64,000 nucleotides of DNA from the human T2T-CHM13v2.0 reference genome, Homo sapiens: assembly GCF_009914755.1 (NCBI RefSeq), contig NC_060927.1, one strand, 5' to 3'. Positions 41,402 to 55,576 of the stretch are shown here, one piece after another (the stretch's first letter is position 1; each line of letters starts with the position of its first letter). Under the pieces are notes generated by a model, which saw only the letters and a program-made list of their open reading frames with translations, was not told where the DNA came from and searched no databases. The translations under genes and the position numbers were made by a program.

Positions 41402-43081
41402 CAGCCCTGCTTTCACAAAAAACAAAATAATGATGAATATATTGTACTACCCTCACTGTTTTCATTTGTCTGTGAATGCTTTTTATTTTATCAGGAAAAG
41501 GAAAAATTTCTGTTTCTTGACTGTAATTGTTGAAATGTATTTTCAAAGTTTTTTACTTTATTTTTGGACTGATACCATAAAATCGTGTGAAATGATGTGA
41601 GGATTTTCTAATGGAGAAATGACTTAGAATATCCCTTGGATGTCCTATCTGCTTTTTAATTGTTTTATCATCCCAGACATGTTTCTCTATTCCTGTCTAT
41701 TCTTTTATCTGTAAAATGAGGTTATTGAACTAGATGCTGTCTACAACTTTTTTTTTTTCTTTCATTAACATTAAATCTCTGGTACCTGAGAACATTGGGA
41801 TCAGGCTGATATGTCTAGGTGTCTATTTCTTTGGTCTACCCTTCAAGTAGGAATGAAAACCCATAGAATTTCTGTAATTATCAGCCTCAATAACTTTCTA
41901 AAGCCTTTAGGAAGCAGATACCCTGCAATTTATCTCACTAATTTGTTTGTGATTAACACTCTCTGCCCCTTCTCATATCCCAAGCTCAGTGTTTTGATAT
42001 TTAATTACAGGGAATTCTTTCCTCTTCATAGATGATATAGCAATTGTATTTCATTTCTCTTATCTGAAATCTCTGCTGACTTTCCATGTCTTATGAATTT
42101 AAATAGTCTAAATAGGGCATGAGATCTTAAATATTCCTTCCAGTTTCTACATTTTCTATTCAGCAACAACATTTTCCCTGGAAAAGGGTGAAAGCCTGTG
42201 AGTCCCCCACAGGGCAGGAGCACTGAATACACCCACATTTTCCTACCATCTGACATAGATGAGACACAAAGTAGGGACTCAGATGATTATTTAACTGAAT
42301 CAACTGGATTCCTTAATTCTCACAATATTATCCTTCCTAATTTGTAAATAGGGAAATGGAGGCTTAGTCACACAAAATATCTTGTTCGAAGTTACTAATC
42401 AATTAAGTAACTTAATAATTTATTGACATCTGAGGCATTTCTCTCTTTCTACAGCCTCAGACCAGAAATGATGGGATTTCAGCCTTCTTTTCTTAGAGAT
42501 TGGTGAGCCAAGACCTGGAGAGAGAACTCTGGTTGTCTTAAGTCACCCAGATGAACTATTAATAGAAAAAGAATTCTACTCAGTCAGTACTTAAAAGCTT
42601 GACATGTTTGTGTGGAGACCTGTGTGTGACTGAGTTCAGATCACTCTAATTTCCTGGGCCTCACTTGACCCATCTGTGAAATGGGGTAATGAGCTCTTTT
42701 CGGCATGAAGGCAAGGAACTGTCCAGAAGACCTCTGGAGAATTCTTCTTACCCTGAGATCAAGGGTTCTGTGAGTAGTACAACTCACACCCAAAGTCTTA
42801 GTTGCAGGGCACTTTAGTGGGAAAAAAAAAAAAACGCTGAGGCTATTTTTAGAGCCTTCATCTGGTTATAGACTAGTTGGTAGGAGAGCAATACCTTTGA
42901 AAAGTTAAGAAATAGTTTTATACACTGTGTTAAGGATGTTGTCAAAACTAATACTTGTGTATGCAAAGACTTTAACATTTATTAATAATTTTTTCTATAG
43001 ATTGGTGAAATTGGTTTGTAATTTTTGTCATTTCACTTTTGTGGAAATTGAGCAAAAGTGAGAGATAAAATGATGTGATCA

Positions 43082-43384
<303 letters not shown>

Positions 43385-43476
43385 TCAATATCAATCTAAG
43401 GACACTGTAAAGCAGCAGAGGATTGACGATTTTCCTAAGACTTAGTGGATGTAGAAGAGTTTAAAATATTCTAGCC

Positions 43477-43614
43477 TAGTGGTTTGCAAACTTGGCCACA
43501 TATTAAAATCTTCAGAGGAACTTTATGCTACAATGCTCATCTCAGTCACAGTGTCTGTGGGTGAGACCCAAGCTCAGTTACATTTTAAAGCTCCCGAGAG
43601 TTTAGAACTATTGA
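43477..43614. mobile_element. MER5A-like hAT MITE remnant
   Basis: tagtggtttgcaaacttggccacatattaaaatc ... ttttaaagctccc ... tttagaactattg. Confidence 0.6.
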
Positions 43615-44024
43615 TCTAGTCTTGATTTCGTATCAATTTCTCTGATGGTATCTTGCTTGACATCTTACTTACTGGGCTGCATTTTTGTGCTGTGTCTCCC
43701 TGACACCCAAGTGAAAACTGCTGGATGAACCGAAAATTCACCCAAACAACGTGAATGTAATGGAAACTCTTGAAAAGGCTTACAAGCCTTGAAGTAAATG
43801 TTGGGCGAAGGGAGCGAAAGGGTTAGCGTTTTTTTGCATTGGGACCTGCCTTCTTTTTATGCTTCTAGGAACGTTTAAAAATGAGAGCAAGGAATATATT
43901 TCATTGCTTTAATTGTTCAAGGTCTTTTAAAAGCGTGTGCAATAAAATGCCTTTTAAGATAACTGACCTTTGTATTTTAATGCTTTTTGGAAGGGAACAA
44001 TACCTAGTGTTCAGCTGCAGTATA

Positions 44025-44028
<4 letters not shown>

Positions 44029-44058
<30 letters not shown>
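44029..44058. repeat. (TA)15 microsatellite
   Basis: Direct reading. Confidence 0.97.
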
Positions 44059-44061
<3 letters not shown>

Positions 44062-44665
44062 TCAGCAGAGCTTGTTTTGGAATCAGAGGGCTGAGGGTTT
44101 TGCTGCCTTCCCAGATATTTTACCTGTTTCTGTTTCAACATCAAGTTCCATTCAGTTGATGTTTCTTGACCTCATAATGTCTAACCTTTATATCTTTGTT
44201 TTTTCCCTTTCCAAACTTATCCAAGAAGGAGACTTCAAGGCCTGATTCATTAATTTTTCCTTCTGCTGGGAACTCAGGTGTGTGGTGGAAGGCAGCACAT
44301 GTGACCTAATCTATATTTTGACAAAGAAGAAAGCTCCCTGCCCTCCCTTGCACCAGTTCGTTTGGTAATTTTTAATCCCAAAAGCCACTGCTAATACGTT
44401 TTTAAAAATTGATGCTAGCTATTACGTTGTTAGATAAAGCTCATCTTCCAACTCTAAACTTGCTCTTTCTAAAAGTGAAATAACACTCAGGTTGCAAACA
44501 TAGTGAACTGGAATTTCAGAGGCTTGAACTGACCTACAAAACTTGTAACTGTAGCTCTAGTTATACATCCACTGTGGTCTTGGACATGTGAGGTGTTTGT
44601 CTACCCTCAGGAGTTTTAGAAGAAGAAATTTTATGGAATTGCTTTCCATATTAAGAAATTAAAAT

Positions 44666-45052
44666 AGCCAGGTGCTATTTTAATTTTACAGATTCACAAC
44701 TGTAATCCCAGCACTTGGGAGGCCGAGCAGGGAGGATAGCTTGAGTCCAGGAGTTTGAGTGGAGTGGTCAACACAGCCGAGACCCCACATCTACAAAAAA
44801 TTTAAACATTAGCTGGCATGGTGACTCATGCCTATAGTCTCAGCTACTCAGGAGGCTGAGGTGGGAGGATCGATTGGGCCTGGGACATCAAGGCTGCCGT
44901 GAGCTGAGATTCTGCCACTGGGTGACTGGGCCTGGGACGTCAAGGCTGCCGTGAGCTGAGATTGTGCCACTGGGCGACAGAGCAAGAGTGTCTCGAAGGA
45001 AGGAAGGAAGGAAAGGAAGGAGGGAGAGAAAGAAAGAAAAAAGGAAAGAAAA
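44666..45052 (+). mobile_element. Rearranged AluJ with fold-back insertion, 52-bp tandem duplication and (GAAG)n tail
   Basis: AluJ diagnostics (ggaggatcgattgggcctggga..aaggctgccgtgagc); duplicated block at 44875-44926 and 44927-44978. Confidence 0.9.
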
Positions 45053-45386
45053 TATACAAAAATCTTTGTGTAGCTCTGAAATAAATATATATATATGTAT
45101 GCAGTGTATATATTATATGAAATAAAATTGCTTGTGCTTAATTTATTTTAAAATCATGTTTGAAAATAGAGCTAATTCTCAGTTACTACATTTTCCCCTC
45201 TCCTCTTTCTGATGGTTTTTTTCTTAACTTTTTATTGTAAATGATTTTAAACTTATTTAAAAAGTTGCAAAATAAGCATAGTCCAATATAGCCATATACT
45301 TTTACTCAGATTCGTCTATTGTTAACATTTTATCCCATTGGATTTATCATCCTCCCCCTTCCTCCCTCCCTTCCTCTCTTTCTCTG

Positions 45387-45390
<4 letters not shown>

Positions 45391-45430
<40 letters not shown>
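45391..45430 (+). repeat. (CA)20 microsatellite
   Basis: Direct reading. Confidence 0.97.
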
Positions 45431-45432
<2 letters not shown>

Positions 45433-46217
45433 CTCCCCCACCCCATATATATATATATATATTTTTTTTTTTTCCAGAAGTATTTCAGAGTAGGTCACTT
45501 ATATCATTGCCTCTACCCCTAAGTACAGTGTGTATTTCTTAATAATAAAAAAAATAAAGATAGTCTCATCATATTCACAGTATGGTAATCAGCTTCTGTA
45601 CATTTGACACTGATTCAATACTTCAGTCTACTGTCTGTACTTCTCCTTTGTCAGGTGGCTCAGTTCTGTCCTTGAAGAAAACTGCTTTTTCCCATTCAGT
45701 GTACAGTCCAGCCTAAGGTCAGGTAGTGCATTTAGTTGTCAAGTCTCTTTAGTCTCCTTTGATTTGGAACATTTCCACAGCCTTTCTTTATCTTTTATGG
45801 CATTGACACTTTTGTTCTCCCCCTTTACAATTATAGTATTCCTCATTTTGTATTAGTCACTGGTTTCTTCATGTTTTGATTCAATTATGCATTCCCTGAA
45901 GGAATATTACAAAGATAATGTGTCCCTCTCAGGGATCACATCTGGAGTCTTATGTGTCCATCTCTCCGTCATTGGGGATGTTAATTTTGAGCAACTGATC
46001 AAGGCATTGTCCAGTTTCTCCACAGTATAGGTATTCTTTCCTTTGCAATTATTAAGCTATCCATGGGGAGACACTTTATTCTTGCTCCTTATCAAAATAT
46101 TACCCTACATTTTTTCCTAAACCAGCATTTACTATGATTGGTGCAAAATTAGGATTCCATGTTACTACTCTCTTCACATTCATCATTCAGCATCCTGCGT
46201 TCTACTGTATGCGGGAG

Positions 46218-46284
46218 CCCCTTCCTTCTCCTCCCTCCCTCCCGCTCTCTCTCTCTCTTTTCCTCTTTCTTTTCTTTCTTTCTC

Positions 46285-46339
<55 letters not shown>

Positions 46340-46689
46340 GTCTTTCTCTTTCTTTCTTTCTCTTTCTTTCTTTCTTTTTCTTTCTTTCTTTTCTTTTTCT
46401 CTTTCTCTCTTTCTTTTCTTTTTCTTTCACTCTCTCTCTCTTTCTTTCTTCTGTTTCCCCTCCCTTCCTTCCTCCCTTCCCTTCCCTTCCCTTCCCTTCC
46501 CTTCCCTTCCCTTCCCTTCCCTTCCCTTCCCTCCCCTCCCCTGCCCTCCCCCCCTGCCCTCCCCCCCGCCCTCCCCCCTTCCCTCCCCTTTTCTTTCTCT
46601 CTCTTTCTCTCTCTCTGTCTTTTTCTTTCTTTCTCTCTCTCTTTCTCTCTCTCTCTTTCTCTCTATTTTCCTCTTTCTTTCTTTCTTTT
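46218..46689 (+). repeat. About 470-bp polypyrimidine compound repeat: (CTTT)n, (CT)n, (CTTCC)n
   Basis: Almost purine-free plus strand. Confidence 0.97.
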
Positions 46690-47580
46690 GGTTATGGTCT
46701 TCAAGATTTCTGTTTCAATCTTTCATAATTCATTCTTGCTATATAATTATTTTGGCCCTCAAATTATCCCAGATTTGGTCAGTGGGAGCTGCATCAAGTT
46801 GGCTCCTGTGTCCTTGAGACATGTCCCCATCATCTTTGTTGTTAGCAATTGATTAATTGCTGGAATAAAAAGATGTTCTAGTTTGGTCTTGTATATTCTC
46901 TGTCCCAGCCATGAAGTCAAGCATGTCTTCATTATGTCCTCACTCTTTTTATGTGGAGAAAGATGTTAGAGACCAATATCTGAGTGCTAGGTGTGCTCAT
47001 TGCTACTCTGGTGCCTTAACTTATAGCCTCTTTCAATGACTGGAGCTAGGAAATTTTATATATAAAAATATATATGTAAACAAAACCTACGTGTATATGT
47101 TTATCTGTAAATATATGGGTGCATATACAAATATGTATACACAAATACTACTACTATTAATTTGCTAATACCACTTACTACACAAAACAAATCTGTGAAA
47201 AAGAGTTGAGGATTTGCTTATGGTGCTCCTCCTTCAACTTAACCCTGCCCAAGACTGAGGGTATATTGTCAAACGCTCTTCAGGGATTACCTGGATTAGT
47301 TCTTTCTTCATGTGTCTTTCCCCTATATCCCAATGGTCATTATGTTCATTTAAAATACAGTTGGGTTCAAATGCTTCAGTTTGCTTTGAGTTTTAGTTTC
47401 CCTCCTTCCCATCCTAGTTTGTTTAATTTTATTTTTTGAATATGTAAAACATTAACATGCTTCCAGAAGCCAAAACTAAACCAAAAGAAGTGCCAGTCTC
47501 TCAGATATTTGCTCCACCTTGTTATTCCCCACACCTCTTGGAGGTTTTCTTGGTTATCTTTCTGGTATTTCTTTTTAATC

Positions 47581-47583
<3 letters not shown>

Positions 47584-47640
<57 letters not shown>

Positions 47641-47715
47641 TATATCAGATTATAGCGTCAGATTATCTGTGCTTTCCCTCCTCTCAGTAAAACCTGTAAT
47701 GCCCCTTCTTCCCCA

Positions 47716-47754
<39 letters not shown>
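47584..47754. repeat. (TA)n(CA)n and (AT)18 tracts separated by an inserted unique segment
   Basis: TA run 47584-47624, CA run to 47640, AT run 47719-47754. Confidence 0.95.
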
Positions 47755-47757
<3 letters not shown>

Positions 47758-48317
47758 TTTATATTTCCTCTTCTTTCTTACACAAAAGATAGCATGTTGT
47801 ATATCTTCTTTTGCACTCTGATTTCGTAAATTTTTTTTCTTTTTTTTTGCACTCCCTCTCTTCTTTTCTTCTTCTCTCCCTCCCTCCCTTTCCCCCTTCT
47901 TCCGTTTTTTTTTCCTCTCTCTCTCTCCTGCTCAACCAATTTCCTATGCTTGGACAGTTGGATAGTTTTCTGCAATGAATAACATTATGCATATGTATTT
48001 CCATATCATTGGATATATTTTTGGGATATATTCTTAGAAATGGGTATGCTGGGTTAAGAGTAAATATTTTATGAGGTACTTTAGTTACCAAATTTTTCTC
48101 TGATGGAATGTCCCACTAGCATTCCCAACTACAGATGTCTGTGAAGCTTATGAATTGTTGCCAATTTGATGGATGAGAAGTGGTATCTCAGTATAGTTTT
48201 GATTTGCACATGTCCTATTAGGAGTAAAGTTAAGCATCTTAATGTATTTAATGTCCATATGTATTCATTTTGTGAGTTTTTTGTGAGTTACCTGTTCATG
48301 TCTTTTGCCCATTTTAA

Positions 48318-48620
<303 letters not shown>

Positions 48621-50779
48621 CTTTTTTTTTTTTTTTTTAAATTGGGTTTTTGGTCTTTTTTTCTCAATTAGAAAGGTCTTCGGAAATTAGATATATTGGC
48701 CTTTCATCTATGAAGTATATTACACATATCTCTCCCAATTTGTTTATCTTTTGACTTTGATTACAGTGTTTTATTTTCTTTTCAGTCATATAAAATTTTT
48801 ATACTTATAGAGACAAATTTAAGAATCATTTCTTTTATTGCTTCTGGACTTTGTTCGTAGTTAGAGAGCATTTCTTAACACCCGTGTTATCTGCATGTTA
48901 TCTTCCAGTACCTGTATAGTTTCATTTTTCACATTTAGATCTTTAATTCATCTGCAGTTTGTGTGTAACATAATGAATGGATCTAATTTTACTTTTTTCC
49001 AAATGGTTATCTGGTGTCTCAACACCATTTAGTATGAAAATATCTTCTCATACTTCCCGTGTGATTTGAGATTGGTGGTTACTTTTTAACCTACACCATG
49101 ACTAGGTGTGAAGGAGAATGATGGTAAACAGTGGAACAGGGTAGTTAGAGGAAAATGAGGTCCCAGGTAGATAATGACTGAAACCCAATAAGAACATACA
49201 TATTTTTGACTTCAACACAGAGCTCTTTACCTTTTACAAGTCATCCTCTCTGGTCCATTTTTGTCAAAAATTAACGTATTTAATAGAGAAGGTGTTTAAA
49301 ACAAAAGGAGGGTTTAGAGATTATCTGTGCTTTCCCTCCCCTCAGTAAAACCTGTAATGCCCCTTCTTCCCCAAATAAATTATGAGAATGGGGCTGCATA
49401 AATTTTCTGTGAGCATGTGTGACTATGTTTCCTCTGGTTCCTCGCCGCATGGTAATTACTCTGTGCTCTCTCCTGCAAACTGCCCATGTTTCACTGCTTG
49501 TAGGTCAAAGCTGTATTGAGTAAGAAGTGAATTTGGGAAGTTTTGCAAGTAAAGTGCTACCTGAGTCAGTGACTGTGTCTTAATTCACCTTTTTGCTTCC
49601 AGGTTCTTGCTCAGGGCCATCTGTGCACATGGTTTTCACTCAATAAGTGCCTCATGAATTTTAATGACTACACATTAAACTAAAACAAGGTCTGCCCACC
49701 TATTCTTAAGAAATTAAACTCTACAAATGATGTATTCCAAAACTGCAAAAGAGAGTGAAAGCCAAAACAGATGAAGCTGTCCTTATATGGGCAGGAAAAA
49801 CTCAGTAAGATTTTATCAGTTCAGTAGGTGTTGCATATGGTGATTTGGAACTGTCTGCCAGTTCCAAGATGGCCTTACTTTATTGTATGGTCAGTACAGT
49901 TTGTATCTAGTCCTCATCAGGTTAGGCCTGGAACTCCCCAACCCCTGTTAAAAACAGCAAATCAGGGTTTCTGTGGTGGAATGGGGAGGAAACTGGCTTG
50001 CATTAATTGATGTATAAGGTAGCCCATGATAAACTCAATGCCACTTTTATACACATCTGGGAGCAAGAGCTTTTGGTTAATTGGCTTGCCTATGTTTTTG
50101 CTCTGCCTTGGATGCTACAGAAATGGAATTGTTTGTTAGAGTCGTTGCATGGTGAAGGAAAAATCAGAGCCAAGGTTTTGAAGGACCTAAGGGAGAACAT
50201 TCTGTGTTCTGCAGGCATCTTCCTCCTTGGGACACAAACAGCTCCCTGCCTACCACACACAGTGGATAGGATTCCTTCAATGCCTCTCCTCGGGTGAAAG
50301 ATGTGGCATGTGGAACTGAACGATCAAAATCACTGGGGCAACTGTATGGGCGCCCTCCTGCAGTGTAACATCCTAACAGGACTTTTGACAGGAATGGATA
50401 CCTAAATATTTACACTCCTGGAGGCCTCGTCTGTCTCAACCATACTTACCAGTCACCACAGTGTCTCCTTTCTCTGTGTAGTACTGGATAAATACAGATA
50501 AATTCTACACCCTGACTTACTCCTACCTCATGCAAGGAAGTTATAAAATGTTTGAGTAGCTTACTTAAGTATTACTCCTGCCATGGCTTCTTGACATGCC
50601 TTGATGGAGCTGTGGAAAGCATCTTGGTTGCTTCAACACAAGGCTGTGAGTTGTTTCATAGGGCAGGGTACTAACTATAGTTTGCTGACCTTATCCACTG
50701 TGTGGATTCATCTTGGGAAAGGAGCAGAGAAGGTACTGAGAATACCACATCTGCTGAAGACTCTGCTGGATGCTTTCTC

Positions 50780-50935
50780 CAGACATCTCATACAGTCTTT
50801 TCAACACCCACTCAAGATATAGGAGCTGTTCCATTTCACAGACGAGGAAACGGAGGCTCAGAGACTTTGCATTAGTCTACCAGGTCATAAAGCTAGTGTT
50901 CACAGAACTGAGACTCAAAACCAGGTCTGTATACC
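50780..50935 (-). mobile_element. MIR fragment
   Basis: ccatttcacagacgaggaaacggaggctcagaga. Confidence 0.75.
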
Positions 50936-53239
50936 CATGAAATTGGTGCTTTTCCTCTATGCCTGACACATGACACATCATATCAAGGCATCACCTTTTC
51001 TTGAATCTTATTCATAGATTCTGGGCAAGCAGCCTCAGCTTGGTCCTATGAAACCTTTCCTGACCTCCTCCACACACCCCCTACACACACTCTGTGAACA
51101 TTGTAATGGTTAGTTGTATACACAGTTGTTTCCAGTGCTGGACTGTGAGTTCTTCTGGATGTCTTCCTATAGTGTTTAATTCATAGCTGGCTTTTGATAC
51201 GTATGTAATGAAAATTCTGGTTTTCTGCACCATACTGTGTTTCCATGCTGACACTAAAAATCTAGACATGCTTTCTTAGAATTAGGCAACCCATTTACCT
51301 TTAAGGATGCACTGACTTTGGTTTTTGCCTTAATATTTGGCCAAAACCTGCTCTTTGAGTTCGACCTCTGCTTTGCCTTTAGGAGGGTAAAGTAGCCAAA
51401 TACCTACCTCATTAACATTGTAGGCAACTCTGAAATTTTGCAGGATAATCATTGCATTGATGCGAACATCACACTGGTTACCGTCATACCGTATCAGCAT
51501 AAAAATGTTGGCAATGAATACGTATATTTTTCAAATTTGTTGTTAATAACCAGATATGTACTTTTAAATATAGTGAGCATTTTACTTATAACTTGGAATG
51601 GAAAACCTTCTTAAACTACTTTGTACGCTGAGACTCCACCAACTAATTGAAATATAAAGGAATATATTATATTAAGAGTAAGATGCTACAATATTTAATG
51701 ATGACTGTGAAAGCTAATAATGTATGGGTTAAATAATTAAGAACTTTCAAATAGTTAAACAAGTAGGGAAATTAGTTGGTAATTAATATAAAAATTAGAT
51801 TAATTAAACCTTAGTTAATGAATATTAGCTAATTGAGGTTATTAAATCTTAGTTATTACAGTTTGTTAGCTAGATAACTTTGGGTTGACCAACACATCTT
51901 TTTTCAGCTAACAAGCATTTATAAAAATATAAATTGTAATCTAAGTATTGTTATAGAACTAGATTATACAATAATTATAATTGTTACTGGGTTGTTTGTG
52001 GAATGCATTTATGACACCAAACAGAATGACCATTAAGAACCATTTTTAACTTTTAGTTATTTAATTACACTTAAGGTCATCAGTCTTTCAAGAAAAAGCC
52101 TATTTAAGATTTTTTTTCACATTTTCTGAAGATAAATTAAAAGTAGAGTGTCTACACTGTCTCTCAACATTTCCTGATCAGGAAAACCTCCCAAATTACG
52201 TATAGCAACATCAATGATAAATGATTTTTAACACAGAGAAATTTCATGTGTATTCTTATATCACAAAAATTCAGACGATGATAATGAGAGATTTCAGTCT
52301 CAGCTTTGGCTTACTATTGATTTTAACATTCAGTCATTTGGCACTTGGCCCAAGTGGGTAATGGGTGCATATCTATCAGTGGCTCTTCATACATTTGTGC
52401 AGGGAGGTACACATGCATACGTGTGGGTGTTTCAAAGTCTAACTGGAATAGGCCTCTCACATTTATCTCCTATTAATTTGCAGATTGTTTCCATGGTCAC
52501 CATCCAGAAATTTCCCAGTAATCCTTGAGGAAGTTAGGGAGTGTGATACCATTAGGGAGAGGGAATATGTGGCATAGAGACGTGATGGGCATTAGTTGTC
52601 TGAGGTTATGAGGTCGTGGTGAAGCCTGATCATGTGACCCCATCTCCATACTCTATGTCCAGTGCTCCAGATCCCATAGACCTGAATCTTAGTTCTGGTG
52701 CTAGAACTGTCCCTGATGCACATATAGTAAGACTTTAATTTCCATTTTCCCTGTCTTATGAAAAGAAGTGTTGATAAGCTCATTAATTAGCTTTCTGCTC
52801 ATAGCTTTTTTCTGACTGCTAATGACTTCTTGAGGATGGGCAGGCTTTGATGAGCTGTGTGGTCCTGGGAAAGCCTTGGTGTCCTCTTTTACCTGCACAG
52901 TGAGGGTGACGGTCGTGTTACCTCCTGAGGCCACCTTTCAGCTTTGCCATTCTGTCATTTGACAAAGACTGAATAGAGAAAAGACAAGATTTAACGACAG
53001 TTAAAGTCCAAGCCAGTTTGTATTTGCTGAAAGACACAACTGAGGGAAAGGAACTGACATGTAGTTTAAACAGACTGGTTTTTTGTTGACATGGGAAGTG
53101 TGAATAATACTTCTTCCTGGTTTATGAGATATGAAATTGGTTGTCTACCTTATCTGTTTCTCACTTTTGTTCTCAGTTCATAGTTTGGTCATGGAATGCA
53201 ATTTTGAAGACAACTTCAAGTTGTTTTTTTGCTCAGTAA

Positions 53240-53480
53240 TCATAGTAGTATTTACTGTTGTTCACTGGGCACCCAGTCTGTGTACACACATCATTCCTAA
53301 TCTTAGAAGAAAAACAACGTGCAAGACATGTGTTTTCTTTCCCACTTTGCAAATAAGGAACTGGGGCTCAAAGAGATTAAAAGACTTACTTAAGTTCAAT
53401 TAGAAAGTGGCAGAGCCAGGATTCAAATGTTGGTTTGCCTAACTGCAAAGCCTATATCCACCTTCCACCCAGTGCTGCTA
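53240..53480 (-). mobile_element. MIR SINE
   Basis: cccactttgcaaataaggaactggggctcaaagagattaaaagactt...aagtggcagagccaggattcaaa. Confidence 0.75.
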
Positions 53481-53824
53481 CAGCATTAAAGCCTGTAAAT
53501 TGAATTCCACACACTCCTACTTTCACCTGTACTATTACAGTGATAAGTAAAACCAGCGCTGAGCCCTACTAACAAGGTGTCCTTGATTTGTGTGCTGATG
53601 CTCATGACACTTCTGTGTGGCATCTGCTGACAGGCCCACGGGGCCCAGATGTTCCCACTACAAAGAGCTCATCCTGGACTCCCCAACCAGGGAAAGAGAC
53701 CTGAAAAGGAACTGGTTTGTGATTAGGGATTATTGTGATACTTGAAGTGAATGGTCAGTCAGTTCTTCCCATTTATTTGAGTTCTTACTTCCCTTCCCTT
53801 TGAACATTTCAGTCAAACTTCTAA

Positions 53825-54290
53825 CAGTGACTTTCAACACTGGCTGCGCATTAAAATCACTTGGGGAGGTTTTGTTTTGTTTTGTTTTGAGACAGCGTCT
53901 CCCTCTGTCATCCAGGCTGGAATGCAGTGGCATGATTATGGTTCACTGTAGCTGCAACCTTCTAGGCTCAATCAACCCTCCTACTTCAGCCTTGTGAGTA
54001 GCTGGGAATACAGGGACACGCCACTACGCCTGGCTAATTCGTATATTTTGTAGAGACAGGGTTTCACTATGTTGCCTAGGCTGGTCTCGAACTCCTGGGC
54101 ACAAGTGATTCTCCCACCTTGGCCTCCCAAAGTGCTGGAATCATGGAGCTTTTTGTTTGTAAGCATGTCAGCCCTCACCTTCCAGAGATCTTGATTTGAA
54201 TGGGCTAGGTTGGGGTTCTCGCTATTAGCGCAAAAAAAAGTAAGTACTGAAGGGATTCTAAGATTCGTCTAGAGAAGACGATCACCGCAT
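53825..54290. mobile_element. MER5A-like hAT MITE split by an AluJ
   Basis: cagtgactttcaacactggctgcgcattaaaatcacttggggag | Alu | ...ccagagatcttgatttgaatgggctagg... Confidence 0.7.
53870..54143 (-). mobile_element. AluJ
   Basis: (TTTTG)n tail; J diagnostics (ctcctgggcacaagtgat, tatgttgcctagg). Confidence 0.92.
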
Positions 54291-55576
54291 TAGGGGGCAG
54301 AAAGTCCACTTTTCATTATTTTGTTGGTACAGTATACTTTTTTTCTGACTCTATGAACCCTCAATCTTATGATGTTACCATTCCATTGAAGGGTGGGATT
54401 TATTCACTGAGAACATTTATATTTTTTTGAGATGTCTTAGGCTGTGGAGAGGGTGTTACAGGGATGGACACAGATGCTGAATTTAGTGGCCCCAGAGAAG
54501 AGGAATTAACCACTTTGGATTGGATTATTGGGAGCAACCAAAAGTCAGTGCTGTGGCTTTTGCTGTCTTCCCTTGTAATCTCTTCCCCTCACCAGATTTT
54601 CAACACAGAAGGGGTGTATTTTCTAGTTATGGGGTATTCACAATCACATCTAATAATTTTACTCCAGAACATACTATGGCTTGTTTATACTAGCTTGAAT
54701 ATTTGTAGTCTCTTTGATTTTTGTTTGCTAATTTAATTTACTATTGCATATAAAAGAATGGCTTCCATGGAGATAATCACCGTGGCTCCCAGAGTGCATC
54801 CAGAGACATTTGCCTTGCTTCTGTGGAAATACACCCAAATTCCCCAGCATGACATTGAGTGTTCACCCCACACCTGACACCAGTCTCTCTTGCTCTAATT
54901 AAGGCCACTCTTTACCATTCTTGGGCACCAGCCAGATGAACTATACCCTGGTGTGGGATCTGCCCGATCCTGCTGAGACATTAACTCTGTCCTGAAGCTG
55001 TTTGTCCTTCCAGCAGCTAGAAATAATCTTTCCTTTCCTAGAACTTCCACACTGCATTGAGCAGGAACACTTGTAGAACTTCTCACATTGTACCTCAAGG
55101 TATTCTTATTTATGCATGTATATAATTTCTCCCCTTCTACTACTGTAAGCTTCTGCAGGGTGGGGCAGCCTCTTCTTAATTTTGATATCTACTGCTGTGC
55201 CAAGAATATTGTAGGCATTTCCTAAATTATTTTTCCCCCAGTGTATGTGTTACTTTGTTCAATTCAGCAGTTGTCCAAAGCTAATCTCTTGAGCTATTGG
55301 TAGCTTTGGTGAACATTTGGAGAGGACTACTGTGATGGCGTAAAATCCGGTGACCTAGTTACAGAATATCCCCTGCAGGCTCACTGGTAAGGAAGGCTCA
55401 TGTTTAAACTCAGTGAAAGGAGAGCCTGGCTTATTTATGGTGGTGGTTGTTTACATGTCTTTAAATGACCTTCTTTTTTTTTTAATATAAAGGCAATATA
55501 TTCTCATAGAAAATTCAGAAACTGTAAACAGGGTTAAAGAAGAAAATAAAAATCAACACTATCACTTTCACCTATT

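Larger units (their letters stand above)
45215..47060 (-). mobile_element. Old L1 (L1MC-type) 3' region, interrupted by microsatellites
   Basis: tttttattgtaaatgattttaaactta...aaaagttgcaaaata..., ctcaaattatcccagatttggtcagtgggag, tagagaccaatatctgagtgctaggtgtgctcattgctac resemble L1MC 3'UTR. Confidence 0.7.

Noticed and set aside
46134-46817. Longest ORFs (227 aa, 189 aa, and 93 aa on the minus strand)
   Set aside because: They are translations of the (CTTT)n/(CTTCC)n tract, which lacks stop codons by composition; the products are low-complexity F/L/S/P or K/E/R
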